This document shows positions 42,966-52,453 of a stretch of DNA of 64,000 bases, piece after piece. Source of the DNA: Parasitella parasitica NRRL 2501 (lineage: Eukaryota > Fungi > Mucoromycota); contig MU619273.1 of NCBI GenBank assembly GCA_025201805.1, forward strand, positions 165,329 through 229,328, given 5' to 3'. Under the pieces are notes generated by a model. That model saw nothing but the letters and a program-made list of their open reading frames with translations. It did not search any database and was not told the origin of the DNA. The position numbers and the translations under genes are program-made. How positions within the stretch are numbered: the stretch's first letter is position 1; each line of letters starts with the position of its first letter.

Positions 42966-44618
42966 ATGGCAATAATCTCTACTCTTCTGTCAGGATTTTC
43001 CATCGCTGACTTTATTTATAAGGCTTTCATGGCCCTTGTCTTCTATTGGGGTTTTCATCTTATATCCCAGATGGTAAGTCGCAGAGATGTTTGCGCGCAC
43101 AGACCTGATTGCCTAATATGCTGCAATAGCTCATCCCCAAGGACCCCAATGTTGTTCCTACTGTATTTTCTTGGGTCCCAATCATGGGCAATGCGGTTGA
43201 ATTTGGAAAGTGAGTGATATATAGATATATATATATGCTGTAATTCAATTAGTTTAACAAACTATCACATTAGGGATCCCATCAAATTTCTGCAAAGCTG
43301 CCAAAAAAAGTATGGCGATGTCTTTACCTTCCAGCTTTTGAACAAAAAGGTCACTGCTTGCTTGGGCCCTGATGGCAACCAGTTTGTATTCAATGCCAAC
43401 CAAAATGTTGCTTCTGCTGCTGCTGCTTATAACCATATGACCAAGTATGTCTTTGGCGACGATATTGTATTTGACGCTCCTCACAGCGTCTTTATGGAGC
43501 AAAAGAGATTCATCAAGGGCGGTTTGAATGTCGAGACTTTCCGTAAGGATGTTCCGCTTATCATTGAAGAGTGCCACATGTTTTTTGACAAGTTTGAAAA
43601 GTCTGGTATTGTGGACTCCTACAAGATGTTTGGCTCGCTCATCATCAATACGGCCTCTCGTGCTCTTCTTGGTCTGGAAATTCGTAATGCGCTCGATGAT
43701 GGCATTGCCCAACTCTACTACGACCTGGACCAAGGTTTCCGTCCTATTAATTTTATGTTTCCCAACCTGCCCCTCCCTGCTTATCGTAAACGCGATGAAG
43801 CTCGAGGAAAATTGGCTCATCTCTATGAAAAGATTATTGAAAACAGACACGCTGATACATCTGGAATTGTCCATAATGATCTTCTCCAGGCACTCATGGA
43901 TGCTCGATACAAAGACGGCTCTGCTCTTCCTAATCATCAAATTTGTGGCATCTTGACCGCTGCTCTTTTTGGGGGCCAACATACTTCGTCGACTACTTCT
44001 GCTTGGACTATTTTGGAACTTGCCTACCGTCCCGATGTTATTAAGGCTGCTCGTCAAGAGATGATTGAAAAGCTCGGTTCTCTTCAAGTCGAATTTACCT
44101 ACGATAATTTGGAAGAATTAACATTCTTGGAAGATATTGTTAGAGAAACTCTGCGACTTCATCCTCCTATTTTCAACATGATGCGTCGTGTTGTTGCTGA
44201 TAAAATGATTTATGAAAAGTCAGGTCTTGAGATCCCTAAGGGCAATTTCCTTTGCGCTGCTCCCGGTGTCACTCAAATCGATCCTGCTTACTTTCATAAT
44301 CCCATGAAATGGGAGCCCAAACGTTGGTCTGAGAAAACTGACCCTATCCATCAGCTTGAAATAGGCGACGATGCCAACATTGACTACGGTTTCGGCGCTG
44401 TTGGCATCTCCTCCCGCAGTCCTTTCCTTCCTTTCGGTGCTGGCCGTCATCGCTGTATTGGCGAAAAGTTTGGTTATTTGCAACTGAAGGCCATTATTGG
44501 TACATTTATCAAGAGATTTGATTTCGAAGGCCTGACTGAAAATGTTCCAAAGCCTGACTATACCTCTATGGTTGTTGTTCCCAAAGACAGTAGAATCCGC
44601 TTTACTCGCAGAGACTAA
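42966..44618 (+). CDS. CYP51: sterol 14-alpha-demethylase, Mucorales F5-type paralogue (3 exons)
   Basis: AYNHMTKYVFGDDIVFDAP, MEQKRF, GGQHTS, ETLR, heme motif PFGAGRHRCIGE. Confidence 0.96.
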
Positions 44619-44733
44619 ACAACCTTGGCATTCTATAATTTCATTTCAACGCATTCATTTTTCTTTCAAAACAATTTGCTCATTTTTCATTTGATATGCA
44701 TAGAAACACAATAAAGATTCTTTTATTTATTTT

Positions 44734-45168
44734 TCAACTGTATGATTTTGTTGTTTCTGTGAGTGTTGAAGTGTTATTAAAGATGTACAGGTGCGCGAAA
44801 TACAACCCAGTCCCGATCAAGATCAGAATCATACTGAACCGAACAAACCCATAAACTAGACGATAAATCCACTTGAAAATGCCCATAATCATACAATAGA
44901 AGATGTACAAGATAACTAGCGACAAGAATATGCCCGTGATATTGGATTCGATGATCATTTGTGAGATCATACCATACAGCTGTCGAACAAAAGCAGGCGA
45001 GCTTGACAAAATATACGAAACAGCTGTTCTTGCTGTCGCCATAACTTGCTCCGGGGCAGGCAGAGGAATATTCGATTTTTGAAGATTCACATAGCAAAAT
45101 GTGTAGGCCTCTGAGATGAGTTGAAATGCTTGCAATGTTACGTTGAAAGAGTTGTTGAAATTATCCAT
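44734..45168 (-). CDS. small two-TM membrane protein, Apq12-like
   Basis: Two C-terminal hydrophobic helices joined by a basic amphipathic linker (FKWIYRLVYGFVRF), recalled as the Apq12 pattern. Confidence 0.55.
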   Translation of the reverse strand: MDNFNNSFNVTLQAFQLISEAYTFCYVNLQKSNIPLPAPEQVMATARTAVSYILSSSPAFVRQLYGMISQMIIESNITGIFLSLVILYIFYCMIMGIFKWIYRLVYGFVRFSMILILIGTGLYFAHLYIFNNTSTLTETTKSYS

Positions 45169-45225
45169 TCCTGGTGTCTGGAGAACAAAAAAAAAAAAAA
45201 AAAAAAAAAAAAAAGGAAGATTAAG

Positions 45226-45420
45226 GCCTGGCTTTTTTTTTTCTTTTCACGCTTTTGCCTGGCTTTTTTTTCTTTTCACGCTTTTGCCTGGCTTTTTTCT
45301 TTTCAGGATTGAAGCATGTTTGTAATTTCAAGAGAACAAGCAATTTGCCTATTTTATGCGGTACCGTATAATAAAGAAAATGCAGAGAAGTACACCAAGA
45401 CGATTGACGAAATGGAGGAT
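45226..45420 (+). repeat. left inverted-repeat arm (about 2.7 tandem copies of GCCTGGC(T)nCTTTTCACGCTTT, then 105 nt of coding sequence)
   Basis: 45316-45420 matches the reverse complement of 49864-49968 at 98/105 nt by manual alignment. Confidence 0.92.
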
Positions 45421-45546
45421 ATTACGATTTGTTACTCAGAAAATCCTAAACAACCATTTCTTTGTTCATTAAAATCAATGATTGCCAATCCATCAGAATA
45501 CAATGCAATTTTGAAGAATAACAGTCAAGAAAAAGAAGAGAGCTAA
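45316..45546 (+). CDS. 76-aa ORF starting in the left inverted repeat (MFVISREQ family)
   Basis: 33 of the first 35 residues are identical to the ORF in the right arm; differences are mostly synonymous. Confidence 0.7.
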   Translation: MFVISREQAICLFYAVPYNKENAEKYTKTIDEMEDITICYSENPKQPFLCSLKSMIANPSEYNAILKNNSQEKEES

Positions 45547-45592
45547 TAGTAATTTTAAATCGATGATAATAATACTTTATACAAAATAAAAA

Positions 45593-46299
45593 CTAGTTTT
45601 TAGACCTATGATACAAATTTTCCCGACTATCGAATTTGAATAAGGCTTTTGGCTCTATTAATTCTTCCTGGCAATTGATAACGTGAACTTGATTATCGTG
45701 AATAATGGTATCAATAATTATTTTTTGAATATTACTATTTTCACTAAAACCAAAAGTTAATTAATTGCTTTGTTTATAGTATGTTACATACCGCAGAAAC
45801 GCCTCTAAATCAGTAAAGTTGGTGGTGAGGCCCGCTGAATCTATTATAACCAAAGCTACTTTGTTTATTTTTTGAATATCTTGAAGTAGATCTGCAAAAA
45901 AGTCAGTATTATAGTAAATGAAAATTGTATGCTATTTAAGATATTAAATACCTTGTGCATTGCCATTGATACCTGATAGCTGATCAATAATCGCATTTTT
46001 TTTTTATATCTCTTTTTTTAAATGGTGTACCAGCATTACAGCTAACAGTGACATAAACCTTCTGCGCTAAGGACCTCTCTTTCAATCCAAGAACCATAGA
46101 TTGAAGGCATTTGGTCACTTTCTCGTTATCCGCAGTCGTTTTTGACTTTCTACAATAGCCAATAATAAAATATCCTTGTATTTTAAGATCCATTATATAT
46201 TGTTGGTATTGTATTGGTAGATTAACTATGTCTTCTATAAGTGCATCTACAACGCGATAATTGATAAGAAAAATAGAATTAATAATTTGTGCGTTAAAC
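45593..46299 (-). CDS. C-terminal part of a serine recombinase/resolvase-like protein (introns 45892-45951 and 45744-45791; 1-nt frameshift in the homopolymer at 45996-46005)
   Basis: FIIGYCRKS at 46143-46169 resembles the resolvase YxRxS motif. Correcting one base and splicing two GT-AG introns gives ...KRDIKKNAIIDQLSGINGNAQ|DLLQDIQKINKVALVIIDSAGLTTNFTDLEAFLR|ENSNIQKIIIDT...FDSRENLYHRSKN*. Confidence 0.6.
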
Positions 46300-46689
46300 N
46301 NNNNNNNNNNNNNNNNNNNNNNNNNNNNNNNNNNNNNNNNNNNNNNNNNNNNNNNNNNNNNNNNNNNNNNNNNNNNNNNNNNNNNNNNNNNNNNNNNNNN
46401 NNNNNNNNNNNNNNNNNNNNNNNNNNNNNNNNNNNNNNNNNNNNNNNNNNNNNNNNNNNNNNNNNNNNNNNNNNNNNNNNNNNNNNNNNNNNNNNNNNNN
46501 NNNNNNNNNNNNNNNNNNNNNNNNNNNNNNNNNNNNNNNNNNNNNNNNNNNNNNNNNNNNNNNNNNNNNNNNNNNNNNNNNNNNNNNNNNNNNNNNNNNN
46601 NNNNNNNNNNNNNNNNNNNNNNNNNNNNNNNNNNNNNNNNNNNNNNNNNNNNNNNNNNNNNNNNNNNNNNNNNNNNNNNNNNNNNNNNN
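46300..46689. other. assembly gap (390 N)
   Basis: Run of N. Confidence 1.
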
Positions 46690-49418
46690 TCGTTTGGAGA
46701 CATAGAGATCTTTTCAATTTCTTCGGAAGAAGGTTGAGGTTTTCTTTGTATGCTTGTCATCATTCCTAAATGGAGTATATTATCCAAATTTGGCTCTTTC
46801 CTTGGCATCTTATTAAGTTTGACATCCCATTTCATCAATTTCCTTCTATCGGAAACAAGTGTTGGTTCCGCTATGATGCTAGTTGAATTTACTTCCAATT
46901 CAGATTTTGTGCGTTTTGTTGATATTTCATTATTTTTGTGTTCATCGCATGAATTTAAATTGTAGGGTGGCAACTTGTTTTTAAGCGTGGGATATCCCGA
47001 TTTTGAGTTATCTGGCTCCAAGTTAGGGGTTATTTTATTTGTTATGTCTGCCGAAAGAGAATAATCGTTTTTCTTTCTCTTTGCAAAATTTAATTCGGTC
47101 GTCTTCCCCCCCTCAAAAGCATTATTTAACAAATTGCGCTCATGTGGAAACGATGGAACGGAAGAGAGAATCGAGGATTCGGATGAAATGAGATTAGACA
47201 CATGAAGAGGAAAGGTATGAAGAACTGAGGCTGAAGTATTACTGTGAAAATAATTGAATGAGGTAGTTGGACTACGAGTTGGTCTTGAAGAGGAAGAATT
47301 AGAAGTCGTGTCACGAAGAAGACGTCGATTAGAAGTCTCGGCATTATTAGCAAAAGCCTTTGTAAATATTCGCAGAAACGAGTTCAAAGTGGAATTATCG
47401 AAAATAGGACAACAAGAAGCAAAAAGAGAACGCGACGAATAGTTATCAAGAATAGTGTTATTAATAGAATTATTATCAATAAAATTACTGTTCGAATCAA
47501 TATCTACGAAGATGTTATTCCAGCTATCAAATTCAGGATCTTCTGGAGGAGGACCACGGGCAACACTAACGAGAAAATCGAATGTTACATCTATGACAGA
47601 GTCATCATCATCGTCTTCGTAAACGGAAGCAGGAGGAATGATTGGGTTAATGACTGTTGGAGCGTTGAAATTTACAACAGTTTCGGTCGGATGTTCCAAG
47701 CCATAGAAACTCAAGGCATCTTCATTGTTCATTGCATTGAGATCTGCAGCCGATTCCTCAACTATTGGTTGTAGCCATCCACCTGTTGGCTCGTTGTTGT
47801 AGGTAGAGTGATTCCAAGCATAGAAAATGTTATTGAACAATTGCGTCTCGTCTGCTTGGGGAAAAACCATTGAATTGTAGTCTTCTAACCACCATTGATC
47901 CAGATCAGAGGAAAGAAGGAACTCCTGGTATGGTGGCAAGGGCGAGTTGCTGGTAGGCGCGACTTCGGTGATGATAGGTGTAGTAGGTTCTAGATGCGTT
48001 TCCTCAATTGAAACAGTGGTGATGTCAGAGTAGGATGAAATTTGGGAGAAATTGAGAGAGTTTCGTACTAGGCTGTTTGATTCAAACCCGCTGGGGTAGT
48101 AACGTTTCAGCAAGGCTGCGACGTCTTGCGGACATCTGCGAGACAACGTACGGTAGATCGATTCAGTAACATGGAAGTACTTTTGATGACTTGTTACGAA
48201 AGTGCAGTGTCTATTAAGGAATGGGATCTGTCTACTGTCACCGAAAAGAATGATTTTTCCGTTCGGGTTCAATCGAGCGATCGCGGCATAGAGAGCACCA
48301 GCGTGAACCATGAGAGCCTCGTCAACAAGGACGTTGTTACAACCATCTGTGAACACAGCGCGACGGTGCATAAGATATGAATCGATAGTGCGGATGTTTG
48401 ATGCTAATTGTTGCTGCAAGGCTGCGTTGTCATCATCTTTAGATGAGAGTAACTGGAAAATCTCTCTGCGCGTTTCCTCTGCCGTGCTGGACGTCTCGCA
48501 AAGTACGATATCTCCGGGCTTGTAAGTGTGCACGATCTCGTACGTTTTCCCGGCGCCGGGTACACCTTCGATAAGAGTTGCGGAGAAAGGGCGGTAGAAA
48601 AACTTCGGATGTAAGTGTGACACGGCTGACGAAATACTGCGAGCGTTGAATACTTCGAAAGAACCGCAGACAAAGACGATGTCAGAACGGGGCTGGTTCT
48701 TTGGTTCGACGAACACCAGACCTTCTGGTCCCTTCTTGTCGCGCAAGGAGACACCGCGAGGCACCCCGAGCTTGACAAATCGCCCCTGCATGTCCATAGC
48801 TATAGAGTAAGTCGCAGAAGTTTTGATGTAGGATGAAGAGACGTAAGCTAACATAGAGTCGGCCACTGTTCCATCCGGGAGAAGTCCGTCGGAATTAGGT
48901 CTAGAAACTCGAAGGAAGTTCGGGTTATCTTTGCCGTTTTGGTACAGGACTAGTTTGTCCATAGGCTTCGGTTTGCCGTTGACAGTGCAATAATCAAAAA
49001 CTTGTTTAGCTTGGTTCTCGACACATTGCGCTTCGTAGGCCTTGTACTTAGCGTACTCTACCGTAGCGGCAATCGCAGCGGCAGGCAGTTTAGCACGGAA
49101 GGCAGGGTTGAGCTGTTGGCAACGCACTTCCAACTCGCATGGTAAATCGCTCGGGATGGTATCAGCGAGTTTGAAACGGTGAACCGGTGTTCCGTCGGGT
49201 TCCGTTGGAGTACGGTTGTCAAAGGTACGCCAGTCAGCAGACTGGTTGATGAGTTGGTCTTCGGCGACCACGTCCGACGACTTCCGAACGTTGGTGGATT
49301 CGGTAGCGTCGGGAAGGGACTCGTCGTCATCATCAGTAGAGGAAGTACTCTGTCCCTGATTATCTAATAAGGCCGTAGATCCGTAAAATTGATCTTGATG
49401 TTGGGCTGGAATCCTCAT
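46690..49418 (-). CDS. intronless ORF of about 909 codons (ATG 49418, runs into the gap) containing a viral SF1 RNA helicase fragment plus low-complexity extensions
   Basis: No stop codon between 49418 and the gap, per the ORF track. Confidence 0.75.
48030..49350 (-). other. endogenous viral element: tobamo/virga-like (+)ssRNA virus replicase fragment (inter-domain linker plus helicase motifs I-IV)
   Basis: TLIEGVPGAGKTYEI (48543-48566 core), IRTIDSYLM, VLVDEALMVHAG, LFGDSRQIPFLNR, TLSRRCPQDV are collinear with tobamovirus helicase motifs; visibly higher GC/CpG than the flanks; no introns. Confidence 0.92.
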
Positions 49419-49968
49419 GTTTTCTTTTAACACTTGCAGTTGTGAAATTCAACTTTTGTGTTCTACACCAATTTGTGAATTTTGAAAAGTTATCTTCTTT
49501 AAACAACGAAGTGTATTCCCAGACCTGTGATAATATTGTATTCATTGATAAAGCTTTACATTCATACAAAACAGACTCTGGATCTTCTGAAAGATAAGCT
49601 ATATCCAGGAATTGTTTTAATTGTGGAGTAGTTTCTATAAAATGAAAAAAGTCAACCAGTGGAAGATAAAAGCATTAACTGTAACAAGTACCAATTTCTA
49701 TTTTGCGATTTCCGACTTCTTGATTGCTTTGGCCAATTTCTTCATCAGTTTTTTCTTGTCGGCTTCCAGATGGGTATAAATGAATATCAAATGAGTTGGC
49801 ATAAATTATTCTTGTACAAAGAAGTCTTGGTTTTTTCTGGTTTTTTGTATAGCAGACGTCGACATCCTCCATTTCATCAATCTTCTTTGTGTACTTTTCT
49901 GCATTTTCTTTATTATATGGTATAGCATAAAATAGGCAAATTGCTTGTTCTCTTGAAATTACAAACAT
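49360..49968 (-). CDS. 2-exon MFVISREQ-family ORF starting in the right inverted repeat (intron about 49635-49691); possibly the 5' part of the resolvase-like gene
   Basis: MFVISREQ...RKIEI|ETTPQLKQFLDIAYLSEDPESVLYECK...FTNWCRTQKLNFTTASVKRKHED...YGLIR* splices in frame through GTACTT...TTATAG. Confidence 0.7.
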
Positions 49969-50004
49969 GTTTAAAGCGTGAAAAGAAAAAAAAAGCCAGG
50001 CAAA
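49864..50004 (-). repeat. right inverted-repeat arm (one copy of the GCCTGGC...CACGCTTT motif plus 105 nt of coding sequence)
   Basis: Reverse complement of the left arm. Confidence 0.92.
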
Positions 50005-50430
50005 TTTACGCGCGTCAAGAAAAAAGCTTGTTTGTGTCAATGAATCAAAAAGGTCTGTGTGACAACCTGCACTCGAGAAAACGTATGAATTCTTGTGATT
50101 TCACTTAATTTCATGTACTCGATGACTAGAGATTAAAGAATATCTATTACTGGAAGCCAAAAAAAAAAAAAAAGGGTTGCTTCTAACGAATCTAATAATT
50201 GCTAATATCTTATCAATGGTAACTTTCGCTGCAGACAAGTAAGCAAAGTAAATCTATTCATGTTGATTTGGTACCATTTATTGACATCGAAATAATATTT
50301 TATATAATGATTTATCATCATTCAAACCTAATCAAACTTCAAATGGTCCCCTGGACCCTTTTATATACATACGTCGCTACTTTCTAAATTATAGACACTG
50401 GGCTAGGCTTGACCATAATTAGCGGTTTTT

Positions 50431-50465
<35 letters not shown>

Positions 50466-52453
50466 TTTTTTTTTTTTTTTTCATTTTTTTGCAGAATAGA
50501 CTCCTAGTCAAAAATGTCTTTTCTTCAGTCGCGAGATTTTTTCTTAATAAGGTTTATGAAGTTGGCACCATTAAATACAAAATTCCTGTAGTAAGCAAAA
50601 CATATTGGATGCATAGGGTATGCTATATTAATAAAATCTGGAGATAACGTTATGAAAAAAATACAAACAGAGTTACAGCATAGTCCAATACTCTTGAGAA
50701 AACGAGAGCAAATTTTTTCCATTAGCTTATGGTTTCAAAAGAATAGTTAGCCAATCGCGCTGGTATATCAAAACTTATAGCAATTTAATAATGAAATCAT
50801 TTCCGTTTATAATTGATTTGGCGTACTGTGTAGAGTGTAGTATCGCTTCTTTTCACAGTAGTACCAGCGCCATGTACTTTCAATATGATACCTTTTCTGG
50901 GCCCCTGAAAATGTCGAGTTCTTGGAAACAGATCTGCCGTACAATATAATTAAAGGCTCCTGCATTTTCCTATAATGCTGTCTCTCGTTTTGACACTGAT
51001 AGAGCAGATTCCTTACTCCTATTTTGTGGCGATAACCTGGTTTAGCTTAATCAGAGGGTTATTGTTGCTTGGATTCAGGGGTCAATATGTGTAGATCATG
51101 TATTAATTATGAGTGGGCATTGACCAGATAACTTTTAGGCACGTATTTTTCATGTATAGAACAACTTGTTTAGAATTTACAAAAGCCCAATCACCAGGGA
51201 AATTGAATATAGCTATTGCTATAAAATCTAAAGAGGGTGACACGGTTGAAGGAATGTCAAATTAGAAAACAACCATTATAAAACGAAAGAATATATGACA
51301 GACAGAGCTTGTATCAGAGAAAAGCCTCCTGCTTTGAATAAATCACAAAAACCTGCTTCAATACCGTTGTCTTCCTACGCCCATCTCTGTAAAACTAACA
51401 TTGCATTTATAGAAGTTAAAACCAAAAGATGTACAAGTGAAACGTGCTTTCCTTCGTAACCACTCGGAGCAAAAACCAAAGCTAACGCCTAAAAATGTAC
51501 AGTTTGCTTATTCTCACTCCTGTGTTTATCGATATTTATTTAATAAATGCATAAAGCATCAAAAAACCTGTTTGCATTCGTTCATGTTAACAAGATGATA
51601 CTGTACAGAGCAAAGATGCAAAACTCACAACATGATATGTGTCCATAATTGTTGCAGATGTAGGAAATAGATGAATGATAAAATGCAAGGTGCATAGTCA
51701 ATTATCTATACGATACAGTACATGAGATAGCTGATCTAGACTGGAATCAAGTATGCATTTTGATCACTACTCAAAAATACTTTAAAAATGCCATTGGAGT
51801 ATTCAGATATGATGTATCAATAGCATCCGATTATGAATCGAATGATTTATACAAAAAGTACTATATGGATTATAGTGAAGCAGCTATTCCGCAGAATCAA
51901 CAGTATTGGAAAATAGATGGAAGGAAATGATGCGTAGTAAGGCTTCCTCAATCTAATCATCAGATGAGTAAACCACAACAAACGCTCTCCTAGTCAGACT
52001 TTCCGAATTCATATTTTTGCACAAGAATCATTAGTTAAGCATGAATCAGATAGAGATTGTAACTTTTAAAAAAGAAATAGCAAGTAGCTTTTGTGCCCAT
52101 GGCAAAGAATCTGACGAGCATTTGTCGTTTAGCATGGTAGAGCAATTACCTTCACAGCCACTTCCTCAGCTGTAAAAGATGAGCGTTGGAGGTATCACAA
52201 ATCAATAAAATGTGTTTGTATGTACGACTTGAACCAATCTGTAAAATAAAATATGGGATTTGTGTTGCCAAAAATCAAGATTTCGGCTTGATAGATAAAG
52301 TAAACAACTTTTTTTTTTTTATTGTTTGTTCGTTTGCAAATATAAATGCATTCAAACGTTTTTTTTTTAATTGACAAAAGCGACACTTCAGGAGAAGAAG
52401 CCATTTTTATTAAATATAGACGAAAAAACTGGTTTTTTTTCTTTATACACATG

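Larger units (their letters stand above)
45226..50004. mobile_element. putative transposon-like element bounded by inverted repeats, with a resolvase-like gene and a captured RNA-virus helicase fragment
   Basis: Inverted repeat arms at about 45226-45420 and 49864-50004; internal GYCRKS resolvase-like gene; GC-richer viral segment. No target-site duplication found. Confidence 0.7.

Noticed and set aside
43254-44087. 277-aa antisense ORF over CYP51 (and similar antisense ORFs over PSD2, PKA and the 752-aa ORF)
   Set aside because: Shadow ORFs expected from codon bias in real genes on the other strand; no motifs of their own.
45221-45224. TTAA next to the left arm as a piggyBac target site
   Set aside because: No matching TTAA or CCC/GGG terminus at the right arm, and no DDD transposase motifs.
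45226-45305. CRISPR-like array
   Set aside because: The repeats are directly adjacent with no unique spacers, the context is eukaryotic and there are no cas genes.
48030-49350. Helitron/Pif1 or cellular Upf1-like helicase
   Set aside because: Motif wording and spacing (GVPGAGKT, DEALMVHAG, GDSRQIP, RCPQDV) are those of alpha-like RNA virus helicases; no HUH Rep domain.
45984-49433. The 1149-aa ORF as one proven helicase-resolvase fusion protein
   Set aside because: It crosses 390 N, so the frame across the gap is unverified; its GTG start and its stop at 45984 are also probably not the real ends.
50041-52400. Short ORFs right of the element
   Set aside because: AT-rich intergenic sequence with no supported coding or RNA gene; no extension of the inverted repeat found.
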